Of a stretch of 30,249 bases of DNA, positions 8,967 to 18,269 are shown piece after piece. This DNA comes from a virus (Duplodnaviria > Caudoviricetes). The position numbers and the translations under genes were made by a program. A model generated the notes under the pieces. It ran no database searches. It saw only the letters and a list, made by a program, of their open reading frames with translations, and was not told where the DNA came from. Every line of letters starts with the position of its first letter. The stretch's first letter is position 1. The DNA is taken from positions 1 to 30,249 of the IMG/VR virus record IMGVR_UViG_3300016476_000331, one strand, 5' to 3'.

Positions 8967-10886
8967 ATGATGGATGTGCGACTTCCTGACGGCACGGTTA
9001 TCACGAATGTCCCCGAAGGGATTTCGCAATCGGAGCTGATGCGCCGCCTGGGCAAGCAGCAGACCTCGGATCTGGTTGCAAAGGCCCGCAACGCTGGCAT
9101 CTCGATGCGCGGCGACGCGGTCAACTGGGGTGTGGAGCTCGAGAAGCAGAAAATCGACGAGATGAGTTTGCCCGAGCGCGTCTTCAAAGGCCTGGGTGCA
9201 GGCTTTGCCGACATCCCGCTTGCGGTGCGCCAGATCTTCGCAAAAGACAAACCAGAGAACCTGTCCGACCTGGTCAGCGGCGACACGCCAACCAAGCGCC
9301 TGCAGCGCGAGGCGGCCGACAAGCGCGAAGTGGACAAGTACCTGTCGAAGAGCACCGACCTGGGCGTGCTGCCCGATCAGATCTACAGCGTGGACACGCC
9401 GACCCTTGGCTCAACCGCGCAGTTTTACGGCAAGACCGCGCCGACCACGCTGCTGCCTGCGGCGCGTCTGGCCGGGCTCAAGGGCTTTGCGTCCAATGTT
9501 GGCGTGGGCACCGCCCTGTCCGCGCTGGACCCGACCGTTGAAGGTGAAAGCCGGGCTTGGAACATGGCCACCGGTGGAGCTCTCAGCGGCGTGCTGCCGA
9601 TGGCCACCTCGGCCGTGAAGGGCGTCTACAACTCGGTCACCCGCGGCGGGGGGCAGAACCGTGCTGGCAAGGAAGTGGCCAAGGTTCTGACCGAAGGTGG
9701 TGCTGACGAGCAAACCGTGCTGCGTCAGACAATCGAGCGCCTGCGCAATGCCAAGCAGGGCGACATTCCCCTGTCCACGGCCGCTCAACTCAAGGACGCC
9801 CAGATCGCCCGGCTAGAGCAAGGTAGTCGAGCCCGTAACGGGGCCAACTGGTACGACTTCGACCAGAACCAGGCTCGCGCTGTGGCTGGTGCGTTTGATG
9901 ATGCCACCGCCGAGGCTGCGGAACTGGCCGCCCGGCGCACCACTCGCGGCGGCAACTGGGACGCCAACTGGGCAGCTGCTCAGGCTGGCGCCGACGCGGC
10001 CAAGTTCGCCAAGGACTTGCCACAGTTCCGCGCCAACCTGGACGTGGCCTTGCGCTCGCCCGAGGCATCGAACCCGGCTACCAGGGGTATGCTCGAGGCC
10101 ATCGCGGCCGACATCGATCGCGTGACGGCTCAGGGTATCCCCTATACCCCGGCCCACCTGCAGCAGATCCGCGCCAACTTGAGCGCCAAGTGGCACCCCA
10201 AGAACGACACCGCGTTCACCAAGGCCGACCGCAGCTCGCCTGCGCGCCTGTCGGTCATGCAGGAGGTGGACAACATCCTCAACAACACCACCGGCGGCAA
10301 ATGGGCCGACGTGGTGGGCGGGTATGCTGCCGACAGCAAGCTGGTGGAAGCCTCCAAAGCCGCTGGTCGCGCACGCAACCAGTTTTACGACCCGCAGACG
10401 GGCCGGGTGCTAGGCGTCTCGGCCGACCCGAGCGGAGACATTCCCAAGATCACAGAAGCGGCCCTGGGGCGTTCAATCAACGCAGGCAAGGGGCAGTTCT
10501 CGACCGACGCCGAAACGCGCCTGGCGGCCATTCTGGAGGCCCTGCGGGCCCAGAACATCGTGCAGGGCGTCAAGCGCTCGGCCACGGCTGGCGGGGGCAG
10601 CGATACCGCCTCCAACCTGTACGCCGCAAAAGCTGCCGGTAAGGCTGCCGAGGCCCTGGGCGCGTCAGGCAGCATGACTGCAACCGGCGTGAGCGCCACC
10701 CTGAACAAGCTCAGCGAGCTGGCCACGGCCACCAAAGACCGCGCCCTGGCAGAAGCGCTGCAGAACCCCCGGCAAATGATCGCCGTGCTTGAGCGAAAAT
10801 TGAAGGCAGGCGCACCGCTGAATGCACAAGAACAATACCTGCTGTCCATGCTGCGCGCAGCACCGGCGGCCGCCACATCGAATTGA
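8967..10886 (+). CDS. Large internal virion / ejection protein
   Basis: 639 aa, Ala-rich and helical. N-terminal VRLPDGTVITNVPEG motif; last gene before the tail fibre. Confidence 0.7.
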   Translation: MMDVRLPDGTVITNVPEGISQSELMRRLGKQQTSDLVAKARNAGISMRGDAVNWGVELEKQKIDEMSLPERVFKGLGAGFADIPLAVRQIFAKDKPENLSDLVSGDTPTKRLQREAADKREVDKYLSKSTDLGVLPDQIYSVDTPTLGSTAQFYGKTAPTTLLPAARLAGLKGFASNVGVGTALSALDPTVEGESRAWNMATGGALSGVLPMATSAVKGVYNSVTRGGGQNRAGKEVAKVLTEGGADEQTVLRQTIERLRNAKQGDIPLSTAAQLKDAQIARLEQGSRARNGANWYDFDQNQARAVAGAFDDATAEAAELAARRTTRGGNWDANWAAAQAGADAAKFAKDLPQFRANLDVALRSPEASNPATRGMLEAIAADIDRVTAQGIPYTPAHLQQIRANLSAKWHPKNDTAFTKADRSSPARLSVMQEVDNILNNTTGGKWADVVGGYAADSKLVEASKAAGRARNQFYDPQTGRVLGVSADPSGDIPKITEAALGRSINAGKGQFSTDAETRLAAILEALRAQNIVQGVKRSATAGGGSDTASNLYAAKAAGKAAEALGASGSMTATGVSATLNKLSELATATKDRALAEALQNPRQMIAVLERKLKAGAPLNAQEQYLLSMLRAAPAAATSN

Positions 10887-10897
10887 AGGAGTGACAC

Positions 10898-13288
10898 ATG
10901 CCACGCAACGCATCCGGCGTCTACACGCTGCCCGCAGGGAACCCGGTCGTACCGGGTACCACGATCGACGCCGCCTGGGCGAATGACACGCTCGAAGACC
11001 TGGCAAACGAAGTCACCAACAGCCTGTCGCGCACCGGTGCTGGTGGCATGCTGGCTCCCTTTCGTTTGGCTGACGGCACCGTTACCGCTCCCGGCATTGC
11101 CTGGCTGAACGAAACCAACAGCGGCCTGTACCGCAGCGGCGCAGGCTCGACCTGGATGTCGATCCTCGGCGTGAACACCGCCCAGTTCTCGACCGTCGGC
11201 CTGACCATCCCGTTTGGCAAGGCGCTGACCGCGCAGGGCAACGCCAGCGTGGCGGGCACATTCTCTGTCGGTGGCCACACAACGCTGTCCTCTACGCTTG
11301 CCGTGACTGGTGCGCTTACCGCATCGGGTGGAGTTATTGGCAACGTCACAGCGGCAACCGGAACCTCCACCTTCAACGATGTGGTAATTGCTGGCGCGCT
11401 GGACATGACGGCTGGCAGTTCGGCCACCATCACTGGCCTGAACAACCCCACCAATCCCAGCGATGCGGCCAACAAGAGCTACGTCGACGCGCAGGACGCG
11501 CTCAAACTGTCGCTCACAGGTGGCACGATGTCCGGCGTTATCGCTATGGGAAACAACAAGGTCACTGGCCTTGCTACCCCCACCGCGGATGCTGACGCAG
11601 CAACCAAGGCCTACGTTGACAGCGTGGCTCAAGGCTTAGATGTCAAAGGCTCCTGCCGCGCTGCCACCACTGGCAACATCACCCTGTCGGGCACTCAGAC
11701 GATCGACGGCGTGGCTGTTGTGGCTGGTGACCGTGTGCTGGTCAAGGATCAATCCACCTCGTCGCAGAACGGCATCTACGTCGCCGCGGCTGGAGCCTGG
11801 TCGCGTGCATCGGACGCCGATACTTGGGCCGAGCTGGTTGGAGCGTTCACCTTTGTCGAAGACGGCACAGTCAACGACAACTCTGGCTGGGTCTGCACAG
11901 TGGCTCCTGGCGGCACGCTCGGCACCACTGCGGTGACTTGGGAGCGGTTCTCTGGCGCCGGTCAGATCAATGCCGGCACCGGCATGACCAAGACCGGCAA
12001 CACGCTCAACGTTAACACCGCCTCGTCTTCGCGCATCGTTGTAGGCGCTGACGAGATTGACCTTGCAACCACTGGTGTGACTGCTGGCACCTACAAGTCG
12101 GTGACAGTTGATCAGTGGGGCCGCGTGACTGCAGGCACCAACCCGACCACGTTGGCCGGGTACGGCATCACCGACGCGTACACCACCACGCAGGTGGACA
12201 CAGCTCTTGCGCTCAAGCTGAACCTGACCGGCGGCACGATGTCTGGCGCGATCGCGATGGGCGCCAACAAGATCACCGGCATGGGTGATCCGACCAACCC
12301 GCAGGACGCGGCCACCAAGTCGTACATCGACACCATCTTTGGTTCGACCACTACGGCGGCTGCTTCTGCTGCTGCAGCAGCGGCCTCCGCATCTGCGGCA
12401 GCCACGTCGGCCACGAACGCAGCCAACAGCGCCACCGCGGCTGCAGGCTCGGCCACATCGGCCGCCAACTCGTTCACGACGTTCAACGATCAGTACCTGG
12501 GCAGCAAGACCAGCGACCCGAGCACCAACAACAGCGGCGGTGCGCTGGTGGCTGGCAACCTGTACTGGAACAGCACTGTCAGCGAGATGCGCGTCTACAA
12601 CGGCTCGACTTGGGTCGCTGCGTACATCCCCGCTGGCGGCTACCTGCCGCTCACCGGCGGCACGATGACCGGCGTGATCACGTTTGCCAGCGCGCAGACG
12701 TTTGATGGCACCAAGGTGTCGGGCAACATTTCCGGCAACGCGGCCAACGTGACGGGCACTGTGGCGGTTGCCAACGGCGGCACGGGGTCGACCACGGCGT
12801 CGGGCGCTCGCACTTCGCTGGGCTTGGTCATCGGCACCGATGTGCAGGCGTACAGCGCCAACCTCACTACTTGGGCTGGCAAGACCGCCCCTACCGGCAC
12901 GGTGGTGGGCACGACCGACACTCAGACGCTGAGCGGCAAGACGATCAGCGCGGGCATCTTCAATGACGGCTACACCGAGGAAACCGTCACCGCCAACACC
13001 GGCACCGCGTACACGATTGCGCTGGCCAACGGCACGGTGCAGATTCTGACGCTGACGGGCAACTGCACGTTTACTTTCCCCACGGCCACCGCTGGTCAGT
13101 CCTTTATTCTGCTGCTCAAGCAGGACGGCACCGGCTCGCGCACGGTGACCTGGCCCGCGGCTGTGAAATGGCCTGGCGGCACTGCGCCGACGATCACTGC
13201 AACCGCGTCTAAGCTCGACAAGTACATCTTCACCAGCGACGGCACGAACTGGTACGGCAGCAACGCTGGTCAGAACTACACGGTGTAA
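10898..13288 (+). CDS. Tail fibre protein
   Basis: MPRNASGVYTLP N-terminal anchor, repeated LTGGTMSG and DAATKxYVD motifs, GDRVLVKDQ...NGIY domain, Ala/Ser linker, C-terminal QDGTGSRTVTWP domain. Confidence 0.88.
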   Translation: MPRNASGVYTLPAGNPVVPGTTIDAAWANDTLEDLANEVTNSLSRTGAGGMLAPFRLADGTVTAPGIAWLNETNSGLYRSGAGSTWMSILGVNTAQFSTVGLTIPFGKALTAQGNASVAGTFSVGGHTTLSSTLAVTGALTASGGVIGNVTAATGTSTFNDVVIAGALDMTAGSSATITGLNNPTNPSDAANKSYVDAQDALKLSLTGGTMSGVIAMGNNKVTGLATPTADADAATKAYVDSVAQGLDVKGSCRAATTGNITLSGTQTIDGVAVVAGDRVLVKDQSTSSQNGIYVAAAGAWSRASDADTWAELVGAFTFVEDGTVNDNSGWVCTVAPGGTLGTTAVTWERFSGAGQINAGTGMTKTGNTLNVNTASSSRIVVGADEIDLATTGVTAGTYKSVTVDQWGRVTAGTNPTTLAGYGITDAYTTTQVDTALALKLNLTGGTMSGAIAMGANKITGMGDPTNPQDAATKSYIDTIFGSTTTAAASAAAAAASASAAATSATNAANSATAAAGSATSAANSFTTFNDQYLGSKTSDPSTNNSGGALVAGNLYWNSTVSEMRVYNGSTWVAAYIPAGGYLPLTGGTMTGVITFASAQTFDGTKVSGNISGNAANVTGTVAVANGGTGSTTASGARTSLGLVIGTDVQAYSANLTTWAGKTAPTGTVVGTTDTQTLSGKTISAGIFNDGYTEETVTANTGTAYTIALANGTVQILTLTGNCTFTFPTATAGQSFILLLKQDGTGSRTVTWPAAVKWPGGTAPTITATASKLDKYIFTSDGTNWYGSNAGQNYTV

Positions 13289-13918
13289 ATGATGGGACGC
13301 TTCCGTGATTTAACTGGCGAACGATTTGGCAGGTTGCTTGTTTTGCAGCGCGACGGTTGCAACAAGCACGGCCAAGTTAAATGGTGGTGCCGCTGCGACT
13401 GCGGTACGGAAAAGCACGTTCTTGGCATGTGCTTGTCTCGCGGAGAAACGCAATCGTGTGGGTGCTTGCACAAAGAAAAAACTTCTGAGGCAAGCAAAAT
13501 TCACGGCATGACTCAAACGCAAATTTATGGACTTTGGCGCGGCATGATTCAGCGTTGCACCGACATAAACCACCCGCGTTATTCGGATTACGGCGGCAGG
13601 GGAATAAACGTTTGCCCAGCGTGGCAGACGTTTGAAGGCTTTTATGCCGCGATGGGTGACAGGCCAACTGGAATGTCGCTTGAAAGAAAAGACGTAAATG
13701 GCGATTACTGCCCAGATAATGTGGTGTGGGCAAGCGCCAAAGCGCAAGCAAACAATCGACGCAGCAATGTCGTTCTTGAACACGCAGGAAAGAGGCAAAC
13801 CATGCAGCAATGGTGCGATGAACTTGAACTAAAGATTGGCACCGTGTGGGCGCGAATCAATCGCGGCTGGGCCGCCTCCCGCGCTTTGACTCAGGAGGTG
13901 CGTCATGTTCAGTGCTAA
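13289..13918 (+). CDS. Homing endonuclease-like protein (HNH-related)
   Basis: DLTGERFGRL, WWCRCDCG, SCGC, YGGRGI, SLERKDVNGDYCPDNVVWA...QANNRR motifs. More AT-rich than its flanks. Confidence 0.85.
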   Translation: MMGRFRDLTGERFGRLLVLQRDGCNKHGQVKWWCRCDCGTEKHVLGMCLSRGETQSCGCLHKEKTSEASKIHGMTQTQIYGLWRGMIQRCTDINHPRYSDYGGRGINVCPAWQTFEGFYAAMGDRPTGMSLERKDVNGDYCPDNVVWASAKAQANNRRSNVVLEHAGKRQTMQQWCDELELKIGTVWARINRGWAASRALTQEVRHVQC

Positions 13919-15818
13919 CACCTCCCAAGTTTCTCAAGACGCTGTTTTTATCGAAGACACGTTTTCGAGCTATTTGTACACCGGCACCGGGGCTGCACTG
14001 ACGATCAACAACGGCATTGATCTGGCGGGAAAGGGCGGGTTGGTTTGGTTTAAATCGCGTTCTAATGCCTATAGCAATGCATTGTTGGATACAGCAAGGG
14101 GAACTAACAAGATGCTGCAGTCAGATTCGACGGCAGCTAACTCCACATTCAATTACTTAACCTCGTTCAATTCAAACGGTGTCACATTTCCCGGAAGCTT
14201 TGCCGTCAACAATAACAACGGAGCAACTTACGCTTTATGGACCTTCCGCAAGCAGCCGAAGTTCTTTGATGTGGTGACGTATACGGGTGATGGTACTGCA
14301 AATAGAAGTGTTTCGCATAGCCTTGGTAGTACACCCGGATGCATTATTGTTAAACAAACAAATACAACAAGAAGTTGGTTTGTCTTTCATCGCTCTCTTG
14401 CTAATGGCGGCACAACAGAAGAATTGAGTTTGAATTCAACCGCAGCCGCTAGTGGTAACGGGTATTTCCCGGCAGTATCTTCCACAACCTTTAGCGTCAG
14501 CGCATCATCTGCTGTTAACCAAAGCGGCGGCACCTACGTCGCCTACCTGTTTGCCCACGACGCAGGCGGCTTTGGCCTGACTGGCACGGACAATGTGATT
14601 TCGTGTGGGTCTTATACCGCAAGCGGTACATCTACAACTGTCACGCTAGGTTATGAACCTCAATGGGTGCTAATCAAGAAGACCAATGTGGCAGGCGACA
14701 ACTGGAGATTGCTGGACACCATGCGGGGGATGACTGTCGCAGGCTCTACCAAATACACACTTGCACCAAATACATCAGCGGCAGAAGAGTCATGGTCTGA
14801 TGCGGCTTCACCAAGCGCAACTGGTTTTACTGTTGATGGTGCGGGTTTAAATGATGGTGGCGATTCCTACATCTACATCGCCATCCGTCGCGGCCCGATG
14901 AAGACGCCGACGAGTGGGACGAGTGTGTTTGCGCCTGTAACGTATACAGGTGATGGGACAAATACGCTAGACATCACGGCTGGATTTCCTGTTGATATGT
15001 TCCTCAACAGCCTTACCAATGTTGCCGATGAAAGGCTTTTAAAGGATAGACTGCGCGGCGGTGGTGTGACGTTGAGTGTCACTGAGACAACCGCTGAAAG
15101 CACCTCCTACACCATCGGGTTTGATTCAAATACGCAAATTCTGAACATGCCTTCATCGTGGTACAGCCAGAACGGTGTTCCGTATGTTGACTGGCTTTTT
15201 AGACGTGCTCCAAGTTTTTTTGATGTGGTGTGCTACACGGGGACGGGTTCTGCTCTCACGGTGAATCACAACTTGGGGGCGGTGCCGGAGCTGATGATTG
15301 TGAAGCGGCGCGACAGCACTGGTTTTTGGGCTGTCTATAGTGCTGCTACCGGAGCCGCAAACGTACTTGAACTCCAAAGCTCAGCGGCATCAACAAGCGG
15401 TACGGCGTGGAATTCCACTGCTCCAACAGCGTCTGTATTTACAGTTGGAAATACGATCGCCACGGGGGTCTCTGGAGGAACCTACGTCGCCTACCTCTTT
15501 GCCTCCTGCCCCGGCGTGAGCAAGGTTGGCAGTTATTCAGGCACAGGTGCACTGCAAACCATCAACTGTGGCTTTACATCAGGGGCGCGGTTCGTCCTCA
15601 TCAAGCGCACCGACAGCACAGGTGACTGGTGGCTCTACGACTCAGCCCGTGGAATTACTAGCGGCAACGACCCGTATCTGTTCTTGAACACACAGTCGGC
15701 TCAAGTCACCAACACCAACTACGTTGACACCGACACCACCGGCTTTAAGGTAACCGCAGCAGCCCCGGCAGGACTGAATGCGTCGGGTGGAACCTATATT
15801 TTCTTGGCGATTGCCTGA
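13905..15818 (+). CDS. YTG-repeat virion structural / receptor-binding-like protein
   Basis: Repeated YTGxG, FFDVVxYTG, HxLGxxP, GxTYVAYLFA motifs; two tandem units of about 317 aa. SD AGGAGG lies inside the upstream gene. Confidence 0.75.
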   Translation: MFSANTSQVSQDAVFIEDTFSSYLYTGTGAALTINNGIDLAGKGGLVWFKSRSNAYSNALLDTARGTNKMLQSDSTAANSTFNYLTSFNSNGVTFPGSFAVNNNNGATYALWTFRKQPKFFDVVTYTGDGTANRSVSHSLGSTPGCIIVKQTNTTRSWFVFHRSLANGGTTEELSLNSTAAASGNGYFPAVSSTTFSVSASSAVNQSGGTYVAYLFAHDAGGFGLTGTDNVISCGSYTASGTSTTVTLGYEPQWVLIKKTNVAGDNWRLLDTMRGMTVAGSTKYTLAPNTSAAEESWSDAASPSATGFTVDGAGLNDGGDSYIYIAIRRGPMKTPTSGTSVFAPVTYTGDGTNTLDITAGFPVDMFLNSLTNVADERLLKDRLRGGGVTLSVTETTAESTSYTIGFDSNTQILNMPSSWYSQNGVPYVDWLFRRAPSFFDVVCYTGTGSALTVNHNLGAVPELMIVKRRDSTGFWAVYSAATGAANVLELQSSAASTSGTAWNSTAPTASVFTVGNTIATGVSGGTYVAYLFASCPGVSKVGSYSGTGALQTINCGFTSGARFVLIKRTDSTGDWWLYDSARGITSGNDPYLFLNTQSAQVTNTNYVDTDTTGFKVTAAAPAGLNASGGTYIFLAIA

Positions 15819-15830
15819 TAGGAGCAACAA

Positions 15831-16274
15831 ATGGAAATCAGAATTCGAGACACGGGCAACGTGGTGACGGAGCAAGAGTTCCGCGCCATGTTCCCTAACA
15901 CAGGCTTTCCTGTGCCGTTGACCGCCGAGATCATCAGCGAGTTTGGTGGCGATGTGGTGCTCGAGGGGCCGCAAGCCCAACCGACACGCTACCAAATTGC
16001 TTTCCGTGACGGCGTGCAGCAGATCGAGGGCCAGTGGTTCACCAAGTACAGCGTGGCCGACATGGAGCAGGAGGCCAAGGACGCGCTGGACGCTCAGCAA
16101 GCCGCATCGCAGCGCGCCTACCGCAACACGCTGCTGAGCGACTGCGACTGGACCCAACTGCAGGACGCGCCGGTCAACCAGCAGGCCTGGGCGAACTACC
16201 GCCAGGCGCTGCGCGACGTGACCAAGCAGGCGGGGTTCCCTTGGGATATCGCCTGGCCCGAAAAGCCGCAGTGA
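15831..16274 (+). CDS. Tail fibre assembly chaperone
   Basis: C-terminal RNTLLSDCDWTQLQDAP...WANYRQALRDVTKQAGFPWDIAWPEKP is the classic Tfa-like motif. Confidence 0.88.
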   Translation: MEIRIRDTGNVVTEQEFRAMFPNTGFPVPLTAEIISEFGGDVVLEGPQAQPTRYQIAFRDGVQQIEGQWFTKYSVADMEQEAKDALDAQQAASQRAYRNTLLSDCDWTQLQDAPVNQQAWANYRQALRDVTKQAGFPWDIAWPEKPQ

Positions 16275-16334
16275 GCGATGCGATAATCACCCCACAAAAA
16301 TTATTTCTCAACCCACGACGCCACTGGAGATTAC

Positions 16335-16514
16335 ATGGAACTGACAATTCAACTGGAGCTGAACGAAGTCAACGCGGTGCTGGACGCAATCGGGGCCCTC
16401 CCGACGCACACCAACACATGGCCCATCGCGGCCAAGATCCGCGCACAGGCTGCCGCTCAACTCCCGCAGCAACAGGAGCAGCAAGATGGCGGGCAGGGAA
16501 GTACAGCTGACTGA
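16335..16514 (+). CDS. Small hypothetical protein (59 aa, not in ORF track)
   Basis: SD GGAG at 16326-16329. Translates MELTIQLELNEVNAVLDAIGALP...GSTAD*, with good codon usage, and fills the gap. Confidence 0.7.
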   Translation: MELTIQLELNEVNAVLDAIGALPTHTNTWPIAAKIRAQAAAQLPQQQEQQDGGQGSTAD

Positions 16515-16674
16515 CGAGCAGATCGAGGCGATCGCGGAGCGAGCTGCCGAGGTCGCCTTCGAGAAGATCTACAAGGAGGTCGGCAAGTCGGTCTTGACCA
16601 GACTTGCATGGATGGCCGGCGCGGCAGTTGTCGGCCTCTTCATGTGGGTGGGCACCTGGCACACGCCCAAGTGA
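16486..16674 (+). CDS. Small single-TM membrane protein (lysis region)
   Basis: 62 aa, acidic N-terminus, hydrophobic LAWMAGAAVVGLFMWVG. Confidence 0.7.
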   Translation: MAGREVQLTDEQIEAIAERAAEVAFEKIYKEVGKSVLTRLAWMAGAAVVGLFMWVGTWHTPK

Positions 16675-16681
16675 GCCTGCC

Positions 16682-17146
16682 GTGATTGCCGAGCTGGCCG
16701 CTGCCAACGCTGCGTTCGCGGTCATCAAGCACGCCGTCGCCAACGCGGGCGACATCATGGCCGCCGGCCAAAAGCTGTTCGATTACTTCGACGCCAAGGC
16801 GGCCATCCAGCGCAAGGTCAACGAGCGCGCACAGGGCAAGGGCAGCACCGAGGGCTCAAGCGACTGGGAAGAGTTCCAGGCCCTCGAGCAGCTCAAGGCG
16901 CAGGAAGAGCACCTGCGCGAATCCATGATTTATGCCGGCCGCCCAGGCCTCTGGGACGACTGGCTCAAATTCCAAGCCGAGGCTGCGCGCAGGCGCAAGG
17001 CCGCCATTGAGGCCGAGATCAAGCGCAAGAAGGCACTGCGCGACCGCATAGAGCAGGCGTTCTGGTGGGGTGCGCTGGTCGTTACGCTGAGCTGCGCTGC
17101 GGCGTTTTTTGTCGTCATGTATTCGATGTTCAATGGAAGGGGCTGA
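16682..17146 (+). CDS. Membrane-anchored coiled-coil protein (lysis region)
   Basis: Probable GTG start at 16682 (MIAELAAANAAF...). Helical body with one C-terminal TM segment. Confidence 0.7.
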   Translation: MIAELAAANAAFAVIKHAVANAGDIMAAGQKLFDYFDAKAAIQRKVNERAQGKGSTEGSSDWEEFQALEQLKAQEEHLRESMIYAGRPGLWDDWLKFQAEAARRRKAAIEAEIKRKKALRDRIEQAFWWGALVVTLSCAAAFFVVMYSMFNGRG

Positions 17147-17148
17147 TC

Positions 17149-17652
17149 ATGCTGTCGTTGTTGTCCACCCTCGGAGGCCTGCTCATCAGCGGCCTGCCCA
17201 AGCTCTTGGAGTATTTCCAGGCCCGAGCTGACCACAAGCATGAGCAGGAGCTGGCGCGCATCCAGACCCAGCGCGACCTTGAGATGGCTGCCAAGGGCTT
17301 TGCCGCACAGCAGCGCGTCGAGGAGATCAAGTTTGACCAGATCGCCCTGCAGACCGACGCGCAGATGACCACGGCCGCGCTGGATCACGACAAGGCTGTG
17401 CTGGCCAAGGCTTCGCGCTGGGTGGCCAACTACGTCGGGACGGTGCGCCCCACCGTCACCTACATCTTCGTGTTTGAGCTGGTGTCGATCAACGCCTTCC
17501 TGTGCTACTACCTGTGGACCCACCCGGCCCTGGTGGTCAGCATCGAGGACGTGCTGCGCTACTCGGACATCATCTTCAGCACCGACGAGATGGCCATGCT
17601 GGGCGGCATCATCGGCTTCTGGTTTGGCAGCCGGGGCTGGAGCAAGAAGTGA
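17149..17652 (+). CDS. Putative holin (3-TM type)
   Basis: ATG 17149 (MLSLLSTLGG...). VRPTVTY and IIGFWFGSR motifs, hydrophobic segments, GTGA overlap with the lysozyme. Confidence 0.7.
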   Translation: MLSLLSTLGGLLISGLPKLLEYFQARADHKHEQELARIQTQRDLEMAAKGFAAQQRVEEIKFDQIALQTDAQMTTAALDHDKAVLAKASRWVANYVGTVRPTVTYIFVFELVSINAFLCYYLWTHPALVVSIEDVLRYSDIIFSTDEMAMLGGIIGFWFGSRGWSKK

Positions 17653-18179
17653 GGCTGTCGGATCAGGGCGCGGCCCTGATGCACCGCTACGAGGGGTGCC
17701 GGGACCGTCCCTACCTGTGCCCGGCCCACATGTGGACCATCGGCTACGGCCACGTCCTGTACCAAGACCAGCTGCGGCTGCCGATGGCCAGGACGCCCGA
17801 GACGCGCACGCTGCCCAAGATCCGCAAGGAGTACCCGCTGCGGCCCGAGCATTTCCGCGTCTGGGGCAAGGAGGAGATTGATGCGCTATTCCAGGCTGAT
17901 GTCGCTTCTTTTGAGCGCGGTGTTCTACGACTTGCTCCCGGCTTGGCTGGCCATCAAGGCGCTTTTGACGCTTGCGTCTCTTTCGCGTTTAATGCCGGGC
18001 TAGGCAACTTCCAGCGCTCCCAGATCCGCATGAAGGTGAACCGGGGCGACTGGCAGGGCGCGGCCGATGCATTTATGCAGTGGACCAAAGGCGGGGGCAG
18101 GGTGCTGCCCGGCCTGGTGGCCAGGCGCAAAGCAGAGCGCCAGCTTTTCTTGTCAAGCGCTCAAGAAACTGTGCCATAA
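17649..18179 (+). CDS. Endolysin, GH24 phage lysozyme
   Basis: GTG start at 17649. EGCRDRPYLCPAHMWTIGYGH, FDACVSFAFNAG and LPGLVARRKAE motifs. Confidence 0.93.
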   Translation: MRLSDQGAALMHRYEGCRDRPYLCPAHMWTIGYGHVLYQDQLRLPMARTPETRTLPKIRKEYPLRPEHFRVWGKEEIDALFQADVASFERGVLRLAPGLAGHQGAFDACVSFAFNAGLGNFQRSQIRMKVNRGDWQGAADAFMQWTKGGGRVLPGLVARRKAERQLFLSSAQETVP

Positions 18180-18188
18180 ATGTGCCGC
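18170..18188 (+). repeat. Left pair of integrase arm-type direct repeats
   Basis: TGTGCCAT (18170) and TGTGCCGC (18181), 11-bp period. Confidence 0.65.
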
Positions 18189-18223
18189 GCACCGTGACGA
18201 TTGCAGTTGCCATTGCAAACCTT

Positions 18224-18247
18224 GGCCCGTTAATTCGGGCCTTTTTT
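18224..18247 (+). terminator. Rho-independent terminator ending the late operon
   Basis: GGCCCG-TTAATT-CGGGCC followed by T6. Confidence 0.85.
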
Positions 18248-18257
18248 GTATCCTTTA

Positions 18258-18269
18258 GGATTGTGATTC
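18258..18269 (+). other. Candidate attP core (copy of tRNA-His anticodon loop)
   Basis: GGATTGTGATTC is identical to 18394-18405 in the tRNA and is centred between the two arm-repeat pairs. Confidence 0.65.

Noticed and set aside
13289-13918. Group I intron or intein housing the endonucleases
   Set aside because: Both endonuclease genes lie between intact ORFs with essentially no flanking non-coding sequence for a ribozyme core.
6362-14561. Shorter CCCACGAC/GTCGTGGG matches at 6362, 8453 and 14554
   Set aside because: Only 8-nt matches inside coding sequence, explained by codons. Not counted as boxes.
13905-15818. Diversity-generating retroelement target or invertible shufflon
   Set aside because: No reverse transcriptase, no TR/VR pair differing at adenines, and no invertase or inverted crossover sites seen in the window.
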